This document shows positions 48,905-60,990 of a stretch of 64,000 bases of DNA, in pieces (positions within the stretch are counted from its first letter, which is position 1; every line of letters starts with the position of its first letter). The position numbers and the translations under genes were made by a program. Where the stretch lies: NCBI GenBank assembly GCA_029531755.1, contig CM055976.1, forward strand, positions 6,720,493 to 6,784,492, read 5' to 3'. The notes beneath the pieces were generated by a model. It made no database searches. It worked only from the letters and a program-made list of their open reading frames with translations, and was not told the DNA's origin. The stretch comes from Holothuria leucospilota (lineage: Eukaryota).

Positions 48905-49759
48905 CAAAGATATTATAAGCATAGATTCCAAACTCCTATACCTACACTGTTACGCTCAGTGACTCCTCATGGAGACGTATATATCGGGGCGGAAGTGTTT
49001 ATTTGACATGCGCGTCGTTCTGTTCCGCGATCTGCGTTCAAAAATAAGAACGCGTTACAGAAAATTCTATTGTTCAAAAAGGTTAGCGCGGGTGCACTTT
49101 TACAGCGCGTTCTATACGCGCAGAATACATTTCTCTGTGTATTATCCGGAATACTTGACGCACAGTTCTGCTCGCTCGGGAAACAAACGCGCTAGTTGCT
49201 TTCCCGTTGTGATTGCGTAAGTAGCTGAACGCGCATATAAAAGTGCGTCACTTGAAGATACCATAGCAGTGCCGGATCCAGAACCTAATTCTAGGGGGGG
49301 CAAAGCATGATCCAGAACCTAATTCTAGGGGGGGCAAAGCATGCGCAAGAAGTATGGATCTTTGGGGCTGATTTTAATTTTTCCCTTGCTCATAAAATTC
49401 TAGGGGGGGCAATTGCCCCCTTTGCCCCCCCTTGGATCCGGCACTGCATAGAAACTGACCAATGAATGTCCATGAACTTGCAAAACCAGTCATTGTGCGT
49501 TCATGTTCAAGTGTAAATACGTGGAATACCGCGTTGAAGAAATCAGTTATTGTTGTTCAAGTGGAATTTATTGAGGCGTAGTAGTTCTTCAGTCAACAAC
49601 ATTCCGAAATAACAAGTACTAACTTTTGTAAAACGTTCATTTGCCTGTTTGTTTTCAAAACGACTGAACAGTGATCAGCACTTCCGCCCCAATATATTGG
49701 CCTCCATGAGGAGTCAACGCGCCATTTTAAGTTTGGAATCTATGCTTGTAATATCTTTG
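48905..49759. mobile_element. second copy of the hAT-like MITE family seen at 21451, with a perfect 8-bp TSD GGTGAGAA and a nested 180-bp MITE
   Basis: It has the same TIRs and internal sequence as 21451-22121. The TSD sits at 48897-48904 and 49760-49767. Confidence 0.6.
49267..49446. mobile_element. 180-bp MITE with a 13-bp TIR CAGTGCCGGATCC and a 5-bp TSD CATAG, nested in the hAT-like MITE
   Basis: The TIRs are cagtgccggatcc on the left and ggatccggcactg on the right. CATAG sits at 49262-49266 and 49447-49451. The uninterrupted paralogous site at 21806-21818 reads gaagataccatagaaactgacc. There is an internal 36-bp direct duplication. Confidence 0.55.
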
Positions 49760-51554
49760 GGTGAGAAAGCTTATTGCGCCCTCTCTATGTGCTGCGCGCG
49801 AGTAGATTATGACCTTCAAAACGGCCCGCCAGAGAAAAAAGGTTCCCCACCCGTTTTAGGTTGTCTAACTCACAGGCACTCGGTACTAGTATAGGCTGGT
49901 CAAGAGTGTAGGCTATGCGGTTACTGTATACCCTTGGCCAGCCTATACTAGTATCGAGCGCTAGTAAGTGTCTGCCAAGAGTGTACGCTATCTAATACCA
50001 CCAGCCTGCTAGTACCGAGAGCCTGTGGTCAAAATATCTTAAAGTTTCAATCAAGTTAAGCCAATGGCTAAGAAAAAAGACAATCAGAGACAGCAGTCAT
50101 TAACAAATTTAGTAGTCACGTTTCTCCTGCGCAGTGGTGTCGCCAGATTTTTCGAAATGGGGGGGGGGGGACTCGGTGGCAAAATGTTCCAATGAAGGGG
50201 CACATCGATATGAAGAACTGATAACCTCGCTAAAGAAGTCGTGCTGGCACAAAGTGATATCATGAAAGCGTCTTGGCGCAGGGACCTTTCAAAGGGCCCC
50301 TGGTGGGGTCCAAAGACAATCCCCAGTGCGGTTTCAAAAGGGAATGTCCCCAGAGGCTCTGGGTTATCAAATTATTTGTAAATGGCATTGCATGGACACT
50401 AAGCAGACCACAGAAATAAAAATCACAATTTTACCCAACTCGGACTGACAATATACTGATTCGGGTGTAAGGGTGTCAGCTTGTCCGTCGGATTTAGTTA
50501 TGGTTTGCATTGGGCTAAATGAAACAACCCATGCTCCTCAGCAGGAATAAATGTCGATACAACTACCTTCCAGTCATGTCACTTAGGCCTACTTTTGTGC
50601 GCGCTTCGCTCGTGCACAAAGCCGAGGTAGTCTCAATGGGCATCAGCCACCAATTTTTCTCGGTTTACTACAGATTAAAATGCAGGAAAATGTTCATTCT
50701 ACAATTTTAAGACACCCCAAAGCCAAAGCCTACTACATTACATACAAGACTTCTTTTTTTCAAATTTCCCAGGCGAGGCCTTGTATCCGCCGCTGTGCAT
50801 GCACTTTCGATGCGCTAATACAGTGATTCTCAAACGCGGCCCCTGGACACTGTCGGTGCGGCCCCTGAATTGATTTTACGTTTTGGAAAAGAATCATATT
50901 CGACAAGTAAAAAACCTGGCAAATTTGAAATAAGGAGCAATAATCCACGCTGACATGCATGTAAAATCGTTTATTTTGAAGTCACTACTTGACTCATTTT
51001 AAATTTGTTCTCCAGAAGTGGTGCTAGATTGCTCAGGGCCGGTGCACACTGCACCGACCCGACTGCGATCAGATGCAACAGAACTCGACTTCTCGTCGAG
51101 TTGCATGCAGTTGTGACCAGTTGCGTCGGGTTGCAGTCGGATCTAGCCGCACGTACACTATACACGAACCCGACTGCCACCTGCAAACTCATGATTGTTC
51201 GATCTCGCGTCTCGCAAAAAATGGCAGGTATCACAAACAAATCGTTGCGTATACGTCGGCGTTTATTGTTGCTTTAGACTTTGACAGTGAAATTAAGCCG
51301 AAAAGAGTGGTAGGGCAGTATAAAGAGGCGTCATGAAGATATGGTACTGACTGTCAAAGCTCCAGTAATTTCATCTCTTGTTCTTCTGTCCACATGAGAG
51401 CTGCCATTTTGTTTTCTGCTCTGTCACTTGATTCACAATGTTTTTTCATTGACTATACACTAAAATCGCGTCGCTGTCGGGTCGGTAACAGCCGCACAGT
51501 GTCACGACCCGGCTCATCTACGAAGCAACCCCCCCCCCCCACACACACACACAC

Positions 51555-52310
51555 ACACAGATACAGCTGAGGGACCTCTTACGTATGAATTTCACCTTGG
51601 CGAGAGTGTCCTCTCTCTAATCCTGAGATCATCCCTTGCAGCCCTCGGCCTCAGCCCATTGTAACGCATTTTAGCCCTCACCCTCAGAAAGATTGAGAAT
51701 CACTTCGCTAATTGTAAGGGTTGATTCCAACATTAAGTCCTACTGGGCAGATGAGTGGATTTATGAAACCCAATGCAAACCATAACATAATCCTTCACTG
51801 GCTTAACTTAAATGGACCTTCAAGAGAGTGTGATGCACAGGCGCTCCGTACTGAGTATAGCCTGGGCAAGGGTGCGCACAGTAAGTGCAAGCACTTCGAC
51901 AGCATGTACTAGTACCACCAATCTACATGGACAGTTTTTGACACCCCAGTAATTTCCTGCGGTTCACCATTTGTTGTTGTATGTAGGCCTTTAGAACACA
52001 ATGGAAGTGTCCAAGTTAATCCCTTAAAACCCTTCATAATAGGTGGGCTGATTACCACAGTGCTGTATCTGCGTTCGTACGTAGTAAGTACCACGACCTA
52101 CGAACGTGATAATTATAACGTACGTACGTAATAATTATTACGAACGTACGTAATAATTATTACGTACGTACGTGATAATTATCACGTACGTACGTAATAA
52201 TATCACGTACGTACGTAATAATACTACGTACGTACGTAATAATTATTACGTACGTACGTAATAAAAAAAAAATTACCATGTCCTATCTAGAGCTTCGTAG
52301 TTGTCCGCCT
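51555..52310 (-). repeat. inverted copy of the 44790-46390 repeat, lacking the MITE and the 410-bp block
   Basis: It is the reverse complement of the 44790-46390 copy, and it provides the empty-site reference for the MITE at 45093. Confidence 0.7.
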
Positions 52311-55300
52311 CCTGCCGGACAAAAAACTTTTGGATAATGAAGTGCAGTTTTATAACTGTGCTCTGGCTATGTATATCTTTCATCTGCCTTGGACGTGTCC
52401 GCCTTTCATTATTTACGTTGGCACAATAGAGCCCAATTTTTGCAACTTTTGTCATGGAAATAAATAATTTTTCGGCACGCCCTGTCTGTTTTCGTCACTG
52501 TTCGCACAGTATGTCTTATAACTATTATTTAGAAGGGAAATAAAATAACATGGAAGCTCCTAACGACTCCCCTGGTCCAAGATAACTTTCCGTAAATCAA
52601 ATATACATCTTTTCCATTCTCTATCTGCAGGGGTTTACGCAATGAGGTATAGTTTGAGCGAATAATGGATGTATTTTAATCTTTTTCGATCAATTTTTTC
52701 CCAAATTGTCAAAAGGTCCGTGCGCCTCCTGCACTTCTATCTGCAGTGCTACTGCCATCCTTCTTTGATATCGGGGACTGGGTGCGCGTGTCCCCTTATA
52801 CTCCACAAAGGCATTTAAGCTATACCCCTGTAGAGTTTAAGAGATGTGTTTTTGACCGAGTCATGGTAACTATTTCGTGCGCTTTGCGTGCTTCAGACTT
52901 AAATGTTTTCCTTCAATTACATCAATATTTTCTGATAACAGCTCCAGGTAGATAGGTAGGTATAGGTAGATGACGTTTAACGACACATTAACACATGCGT
53001 GTTATATAGTGTCTTTCACGTTGTAGAATTAATGATCCAAGTCCCCCATTTAGTCGCCTTTTACGACAGACGGGGAATACCGTGGGCATATTCAACAACC
53101 CCCAGCCCACAGGGGATACAGGAGGGGCTTATTCGTTTTTTTTTTTTTTTTTTTGCGCCAACCAACCCGCCAGTTGTAGGGTGAGTAGTAACGTTGACAT
53201 GTGTGCATTTTATAGGCGATAGTTGGGGACAAACTAATCACCACACATGACCTTCTCCCCACCTGGATGCAGTTTAATGTCATACCCAGAACCAGATAAC
53301 CGCTCCAGGAGAAGCGTACCGGCAGAAGTTGAAAGTTTGTATAAAGGCCCCTAATATGATACACGCTGGTCCTTTTAAAATCTTTCCTCGCGACGGAAGC
53401 ACTCGAAAAGTTTTTGGATAACGCTTCTCAGGTTTCTGTGCCCCCTCCCCCCACTCCCACAATCAAATAAGGCTTCTACGCCGACGGCTTAGCTATGCTT
53501 GAACTTGGTACAGTGGTACAGTGCATGTGGACAAATTTCAAATCTCCAGGTTTGAGGTACCAATCTCCAGGTTTTTTCATGAAAATCTCAAGGTTTGCTT
53601 TTTTGGAGGTTGGCAGGTCTGACTATATACACCCCATTAAAAGAGATGTTCAGAAATGCTGCCAGCTAGACTCTGACTCGGATCCTGGTTTGACTAGGAC
53701 ACAGCTTGGTCTCGAGGCCTTCTGGAATCTGCTTGACTCGGATTCTGACCATCGACTCAGACTTTGCTCAGACTTGGGACAGCTGGACTTGACTCCAACC
53801 CTGCCCACCAGTAACCTTCACTTTTGTTGTATTTAACTTCACATCTTGCAGGCTGGTGTTCACTGCTTGAATAGGTAAATCAGTGTAAGTTGAATAACCT
53901 GAAAGGACATGTCAGTTCTTCAATCAAAGGATTTCTGTAGCTGGGTAATGGCAATGGTTGTCACTGTTGCCATTACAGGAACTAGGCATGATACAAGCTT
54001 CAACCAGGCATGTATCATGTAGCACTTTTCCAACTAACTTAGAGGACCATCTTTGTTAAAACCTTCTCTTCTTTATTTCATACATTCTTGAATAGTTCAT
54101 CGGTTACAAGACCAGTCCAATTAATTTCCCCATGTACCCCTGGCTGGCCTGGAGCCCCAGGAGGACTTAGGAAATCCTTTCCCCAAGAAAAAGCCCTTAC
54201 CCCACTTACAAAATTCCAACCTGGATAAGTTTCAACCCCAGCTGATTCTCAATAAACAAATCCCATGCTCCCACTGTTGCAAACATGCCCAGGCCTCTTT
54301 TCCCAGACAATAGGCTGACAGCCCAGTGGTAAATATGTGCTAAAATGCTAGGGAAGCATCAAATTTTCATTTAAGTGGACTCGGCTGGACTCGGCTCCGA
54401 GTCCAGTTGCAGCCCATTCCGGGCCAATTCCGATTCCAGGACCTCCCATTCCGGGCCAATTCCGATTCCGGGAAAAATCGGACTGGAGTCCGGAATTGAG
54501 TCCGAGTCCGGACTCGGGCGTTACAGCCCTGCACAATGAAAATACGGTAAGCGAGCGCGTATGCAGTAGATGCACACTGACTGCATCGTACTGGACAGTC
54601 GTCGACATGATGTGATCTCGAAGCAGCTGAGTAATGAATATTCATAATGATCTAGAACTTCCCACCGTGATGAAAATTGTGCATATTGAAACAGCCGTTA
54701 CATTTATAGTCACGATTTGTTTAAAACAACCTTTCACTTTCGTAAAAGTCTTTTTTCTCCACCAAATCATTTTCTGGTTATGTTTGGGTTTAAGTAACCA
54801 TAAGCACCACTCATTTCTCTTATCCAAATTCGTATACAAAGTCGTATTGGGACTCTAATTCGGTTTACAACCAACTGTGGTAGAAAATCTATGATGAGCA
54901 GAGAAGAGTTCACTACGGTAAAATTTATTGAGGGTGGGTGCCTTTGGACTACGGAATGTACGTACAATTGCACAGGAGCATCCCTAATCTCAGAGATGGA
55001 GCTTGCTTCTCGGGCATTGCAATTCTCCCACCCGTCACTCTGGTGTTAAATCTATGGGAGCGGAGGACCGCGTCTGCCCTATCCTCCTAAATTTCCTACC
55101 CAATGCTTGCGAAAAGGAAGGAACATTCAAATTCGGACTTTACATGTTTAGAACTCAATGTATGTGGAAAGAGAGACTGACTCTAACTTTGCCTGTATGT
55201 GCAAGAGAGGTCTAAAAGTTGATTATATGATCTGCTTCAGTATCGGTTCTTTCAAGTTGATATGGGACCCCGAACTTTCAGGGATGAAGGTAGGCAACCT

Positions 55301-56389
55301 TTCAGCCATACCGGTTAGTTAAAAGAAAATCCCCACGGCCACTTTATGGAATATTGTAGTGATCGTGAAACTAAAACCTAGTGGGGCTGTTGTTTTGGCC
55401 ACGGGGAAAATCTGGTTCAGGTGATACAAGGGCATACGAAATGACTTAAGAAAAGTTTACAGCACCCAGTATTGCCAGTATTCTCTCTCTTACACTGTCC
55501 AAAGCGTTCAAAACTCTTGTGAAATTCCATGTAAGGGTTCCTTTTCCTAAATTTTCCAGAGGAGGTCCCCGGACACCAGCCGTGGATGCGTTTTTATGCG
55601 GTTTCTCCTCCTGACGAATGAACCATCTTTCTCTTACAAGATACACCTGCATATACGCTGGTTAAAGATAAAATAGCAATTGATTACCTATAATTAGTAA
55701 CTAAACTCAATAAGCTGGTCATGTGGGGCCGACAGGATTTTGTGATTAGGGGGCACCACAGATGTGGTCGTAATGCCACCTCATTTCACTCTGCATAAAT
55801 TGTACCTTTTTATGCGTCCCTGCTACTGTACACAGCAGTGGGGGGTCCGAAAATGGATTGCGAAAGCAACCTTTTTAGCGCAAAGCGCCACATTTTTGGG
55901 AATCCATTGGAATAAATCTGGGGTTAGAAAGTTTTAAGACTTGAGTTTTTAATGAGGAAAACTGGAAAAGTTTGGGGTTTTATCAAAGAATCTTATGAAA
56001 CTGAAAAATCGGTCGGACGAGTTTTTTTTTTTTTTTTTTTTATATATATATATATATATATATAAAAGCATTAGGGATAATGTTTTCAATGGAACTTTCA
56101 ATGGAGCTTTCACCGCAGCAGATATACACGTCGTTCTAATCAAAACACACTTCTGGTTCAAAAACAAAGTTGTAAAAATCTGTTCCAAGCTGCGTTTCCT
56201 TTCCCCTAAGTTTCTTCTATTGGTTATTCTCTTGAGACTCTTGTATTTTTCATGTTTACCTTTTCTCTTCTTCTCCTTACAGCAAATATTCTAATATACA
56301 TTTTTGGTGCAATATGAATGAGGCATTTGAAATAGTTCATTTATATCGTTGTGCAATATGAAAGTTACCGTTGAATTGTATGTATTTTT

Positions 56390-57307
56390 ATGTGCTTTAC
56401 ATATTTATGCATTACAACCAATTCATATGCGATGGATTTAGAAAAGCTAGTCGGTATTGGTAAATCATTTGGATTAAGTGGTGATGCCTTGCATAAATTC
56501 GTTCAAGGGGAGCAAGATAAGGTACTACCGGCGAAGAAACTTGAAGATGATAGAGCTAGGGATGAAAGGGCACATCAACTAGAACTTAAGAAACTGTCAT
56601 TAGAGCTGGACAAAGTAAGACAATCTTTAGGTGATACGAAAAGTAGCCATGGCAGTATCGGAAAAGGCAAGTCTCCCGAACTACCACATTTTAATGATTC
56701 CGTGGATGATTTAGATGCGTATTTACAGCGTTTTGAGCGCTACGCAACTTCTCAGAACTGGGACAAGGACACGGAATGGGCAGTTAATTTGAGCGCCTTG
56801 TTGAAAGGGAAGGCTCTTGACGTATATTCTAGACTTCCTCTCAAAGAATCATGCGATTATGATACACTTAAGAAGGCCTTGTTTCGCAAATACATTGGCA
56901 ACCTTACAGAGCAAGGGTTTCGTCAAAAATTCAGATGGGCTAGACCAGAAAAAGGTGAGGATCCCTTTCAATTTACTGTTAGATTAGGTAATCTCCTGAC
57001 AAGATGGGTAGAAATGGCCGAAATTAAGCCAACGTACTCAGAATTAAGAGGCCTACTGATCCGTGAACAATTTCTGAATGCATGCTCGAAAGAACTTGCT
57101 ATATTTATTAGAGAAAGAAAACCAGGCAGCATAGACTATGTGACAAAATTAGCAGAGCAGTATCTTGATGCTCACGGTGGCGATTTGTATGCTCATTCTG
57201 CAAGTTCTAGGCAAAAACAACAAAATCAGAGATTCACGAAACAAATTCCTGGTAAGAAAGGAGATCAAGTAGAACTGTTGTCTTTATTTGAACCGTGCCC
57301 AGTTTAA
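56390..57307 (+). CDS. gag-like capsid protein, 305 aa
   Basis: It is the ORF-track ORF directly upstream of the CCHC zinc knuckle and protease. No domain call beyond its position and composition is possible by eye. Confidence 0.5.
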   Translation: MCFTYLCITTNSYAMDLEKLVGIGKSFGLSGDALHKFVQGEQDKVLPAKKLEDDRARDERAHQLELKKLSLELDKVRQSLGDTKSSHGSIGKGKSPELPHFNDSVDDLDAYLQRFERYATSQNWDKDTEWAVNLSALLKGKALDVYSRLPLKESCDYDTLKKALFRKYIGNLTEQGFRQKFRWARPEKGEDPFQFTVRLGNLLTRWVEMAEIKPTYSELRGLLIREQFLNACSKELAIFIRERKPGSIDYVTKLAEQYLDAHGGDLYAHSASSRQKQQNQRFTKQIPGKKGDQVELLSLFEPCPV

Positions 57308-57810
57308 ACTGGGCAAGGTTCAAATAAAGACAACAGTTCTACTTTAGTGCGTAATGAACGCCGGCCATTTTGCGATATATGTAAGAGGCCAGGTCATTCA
57401 ACTAATGATTGTTGGTTCCGTCCAAATCAAGAACGAACAAAAGTAGCCAGTGCAGAATTTCAAGCAATACATGATGAAGATAGTACTGCAAATGAATGTT
57501 ATGTACAGGATTCAAATTTCGTAGAAAATAATGACTTCGCTAATTCATCTGAAACGGTAGTATGTGTATTTATACCTACGCAAAGTCACTTAAAACCATG
57601 TTGTTCAGAAAACGGTGTTGCTAAAATGACATGAGGTCATACTTTACCTATTATGAGTGCCGCTTGTGATAATTCTAAAACATTTCAAATGCCTGTCACA
57701 ATTGGTAATTTAAATGGTGAACATGTGAAAGTTTTAAGAGACAGTGGATGCAGTAGAGTGGTTGTTAGACACAGTTTGGGCAATTTACAGGAAAAGAAAG
57801 GTCTTGTATT

Positions 57811-59385
57811 TTGGTAGATGGTACGGTCAGTAAAGTGCCAGTAGCTATTGTTCACACAGAAACACCGTATTTTACTGGTACTGTTGAAGCGTTTTGTATG
57901 CGTAATCCGATTTACGATCTCATAGTTGGTAATATTGCAGGAGCACGAGATCCAAAAGATCCTGACTTAGAAATTTATTCCAAACTTACAAAGGAAAAGG
58001 ATCAAGTCAATGTAGTCCAAACGAGGAGTCAAAAGCTAGCTGCAGGTAAACCGCTTCCTAAACTAAAGGTTGTTAAAGGTGTACCTCAAGTTAATGAGAA
58101 AGATATAAAGCAGGCTCAGAGAAATGATCCTACTCTGCACAGAATTCTTAATTTAGCAGATAGTTCAGAAGACACAAAACCACTCGAGCAAGGTCATGGT
58201 AGATTTGTATTGGGTAATAACCTGTTATACCGAGAATTTAAGTGTCGAGATGGTGAAATTTCTTCACAGCTCGTCGTACCAAAACCTTATAGGGAACAAG
58301 TAATGAAGTTGGCACATGATTCCATATTAGGTGGACACCAAGGGTCACGAAAGACAAAGCAAGAGGTGCTATCAGACTTCTACTGGCCAGGTTGCCAATC
58401 TGATATATCAAGGTTTTGCAAAAGTTGCGATATTTGTCAAAGAGCAACTCCAAAAGGGCGTGTTATGAAATTACCGTTAGGGTCAATGCTCCTCATTGAC
58501 ACCCCTTTTCATAGAATTGCAGTGAATATTGTGGGACCAATTCACCCCAAAACTGATGCAGGTAATCGTTGTATTCTTACTGTGGTAGATTATGCGACCC
58601 GCTTCCCAGAAGCAGTCCCCCTCCCAAGCATAGAAACAACTAGAGTAGCTGAAGCACTAGTGGGAATTTTTACAAGAGTGGGTGTACCACGCGAGGTGTT
58701 AACGGATCGTGGTTCACAATTTACCTCCGAACTCATGAAAGAAGTAGGACGGCTCTTGTCAGTCAAACAGTTAACTACTACCCCATATCACCCAGCCTGC
58801 AATGGTCTAGTAGAAAGATTTAACGGAACGCTCAAACTAATGCTTAAACGTATGTGTATAGAAAGACCTCGTGACTGGGATCGTTATATTAATCCGTTAT
58901 TATTTGCGTACAGGGAAACACCCAATGAGAGTACGGGATTTTCCCCGTTTGAATTAATTTACGGACACAAAGTTAGAGGACCTATGAGTATTCTTAAAGA
59001 GTTATGGTCAGGAGAAGTCAAAGATCAGGACGTAGCTACTTCATATGAATATGTAATTAACTTACGCAACAGACTTGAACAAACATGTAAATTGGCAAGT
59101 GAATCTTTATTGAAGTCCGCTCAAAGGTACAAAAGAAATTATGACCGTAAAAGCAAGAAAAGAATGTTTAAGGTTGATGACCTAGTTCTTGTGTTGTTGC
59201 CAACTGACAATAACAAGCTAATGACTCAATGGAAAGGACCTTACAAGGTTGTACAGAAGATGAGTCCTCTTGATTATCGTATTGATGTTGATGGTACCAT
59301 TAAGACATATCATGCTAATCTTCTCAAAAAGTACTTACCTAGAATTGAGGAAAACACCTCTGAGTTCATTCATGTGGCATTATGA
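57811..59385 (+). CDS. pol remnant: protease C-terminus fused directly to the integrase, 524 aa
   Basis: See the integrase motifs above. Its N-terminal ~50 aa belong to the protease fold (IVGNI), then the RH-IN linker follows with no RT or RNase H. Confidence 0.65.
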   Translation: MVDGTVSKVPVAIVHTETPYFTGTVEAFCMRNPIYDLIVGNIAGARDPKDPDLEIYSKLTKEKDQVNVVQTRSQKLAAGKPLPKLKVVKGVPQVNEKDIKQAQRNDPTLHRILNLADSSEDTKPLEQGHGRFVLGNNLLYREFKCRDGEISSQLVVPKPYREQVMKLAHDSILGGHQGSRKTKQEVLSDFYWPGCQSDISRFCKSCDICQRATPKGRVMKLPLGSMLLIDTPFHRIAVNIVGPIHPKTDAGNRCILTVVDYATRFPEAVPLPSIETTRVAEALVGIFTRVGVPREVLTDRGSQFTSELMKEVGRLLSVKQLTTTPYHPACNGLVERFNGTLKLMLKRMCIERPRDWDRYINPLLFAYRETPNESTGFSPFELIYGHKVRGPMSILKELWSGEVKDQDVATSYEYVINLRNRLEQTCKLASESLLKSAQRYKRNYDRKSKKRMFKVDDLVLVLLPTDNNKLMTQWKGPYKVVQKMSPLDYRIDVDGTIKTYHANLLKKYLPRIEENTSEFIHVAL

Positions 59386-59552
59386 ATATTTCATTTCATT
59401 TCATTTCATTTCATTTATTTTTTGTTTCTTCACAATGTGTCAATGATATTACAGGTTAATACTATACAGATTTAAATCTTTAATAACAATGTGAAAGGAA
59501 GTGCTCTAAGAAACCTTTGTAGGCTTGACTAGTAGTAACACTCCCTGGGTAT

Positions 59553-60990
59553 ATAGAAAGAAAGAAAGAAAAAAGAAAGAAGAAAATACAAAGAACAAGA
59601 AAACATAGCAGCATTCAAGAAGTTCATTAATGTAAGAAGTTAATAAGTATTTAAATAGTAATTAGTTAAGTTACGTTTGAAGGACTTCATAGTAGGTAAA
59701 TATCTGATTTCCAGGGGCAATTTGTTCCAGGTCATGCTTGTTCGGTACACTAAGCTGTTCTTAGCAAAGGATGTATTGCAACGTGGGATATGGATATTAC
59801 TAGCTTCTCTCGTATTATGTGTGTGGATATCTAAATTATAATTGAATACATTATCAAGACTAACAGGAACAATATGGTGAATGGAACTGTACGTTAATAA
59901 CGCAACTTTCAAGTTAATTATATCATGGAGCTTTAGCAGATGCAGTGATGAGAAGAGCTCACTAGTATGGTCATTATAACTAGCAGAAGAAATGTGACGA
60001 ATAGTTCGTTTTTGAAGAACCGTTAACTTACTTAAATATTTTTACTTGTACCAGACCATATGGCGAGACAATATGTAAGATGAGGGTAGATTAACGTAAG
60101 GTACAATGTGCGAAGTATATTCCTAGGAAGCATGCGTTTTAACTTCGAAAGAATTCCTATCCCTTTAGCAATTGTAGTAGCAACAAAGTGAATGTGATTA
60201 TTCCAACTTAAGTTCGAGTCAATGTAAACACCTAAAAACTTAACATGGTCAGCTTTCTGTAAATATCTCCTGTTCATTAAAATATGGCAACTATCATGTT
60301 TTACATTTCGTCTATTATTAAAAACTACATAATTGGTCTTTTCTATATTGAGCGACAACTTGTTGGAGGAAAATCAGTTATGAAAATTATCAAGTTCATT
60401 TGAGATTAACGTCCGTAATTCATACATATCGTGGCCAGTATAAAATATATTTGTATCATCAGCAAACAGAATAACAGAGCAATTTTTTTGTAACGTTACC
60501 TATATCATTTACATAAAGAATGAAAAGTAGAGGGCCTAGAATGGAACCTTGGGGTAAGCCACATTGATTTTGTGAAAAGTCGGAGTTAACATCATTAAAC
60601 GAAATAAATTGTTTCCTATTAGACAGATAACTGCTGATCCAATCCAGAGCATTCCCCCTTATACCATAGAAATAAAGTTTGTGTAATAAAATTTGATGAT
60701 CGAGTGTGTCGAAAGCTTTTGACAGGTCTAAAAAATTCCAACAGAAGTTTGTTTATTATCAAGTGCCTTATATAAATTGTGAACAACATGCGTTAGGGCA
60801 TGTTCAGTAGAATGACCGGGACGAAAACCATATTGACCTTGGTAAATGACATTACACTTATTAACAAAACCATATATACGATTATAAACAATGCGCTGAA
60901 TAATTTTTGAAAAACATGATAAGACTGAAACTGGTCGATAATTATGGCACGCCAAAAGGCTCACCACATATGATGATGTACTAAAAATAC
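59553..60990 (-). pseudogene. 5'-truncated, frameshifted CR1/L2-like non-LTR retrotransposon (LINE) fragment: RT domain plus ORF2 C-terminal tail
   Basis: The minus-strand ORFs carry NYRPVSVLSCFSKIIQRIV and QYGFRPGHSTEHAL (RT motifs 1-2), KFLGVYIDSNLSWNNHI (the RT thumb region), and the tail RTSMTWNKLPLEIRYLPTMKSFKRNLTNYYL. The 3' end runs into a (TTTC)n-like tract, seen as gaaagaaag on the + strand at 59555-59600. The ORFs are broken by frameshifts. Confidence 0.6.

Larger units (their letters stand above)
56390..59385 (+). mobile_element. Ty3/gypsy-like LTR retroelement internal region with gag, a CCHC knuckle, protease and integrase, but RT and RNase H deleted; no LTRs identified
   Basis: Gag is the ORF 56390..57307. 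The CCHC knuckle CDICKRPGHSTNDC lies in 57347..57634. The protease carries the active site LRDSGCS around 57730, followed by an in-frame stop. The integrase shows the zinc finger H-x3-H...CKSCDICQ, the catalytic residues D..D..E (VVDYATRF...LTDRGSQFTSE...PYHPACNGLVERFN) and the RH-IN linker KQAQRNDPTL. No RT or RNase H motifs appear anywhere between the protease and the integrase. Confidence 0.7.

Noticed and set aside
47618-51500. Possible TIR element family with CACACTGCACCGACCCGACTGCGA ends (47620-47695 and 51040-51500)
   Set aside because: The inverted matches are short and imperfect and no TSD is discernible. They were left out of the feature list.
56030-56066. A (T)19 run followed by (TA)13 upstream of gag, as a possible LTR or PBS landmark
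   Set aside because: No matching sequence was found downstream of the integrase at 59386-59553. The LTRs could not be identified by eye.
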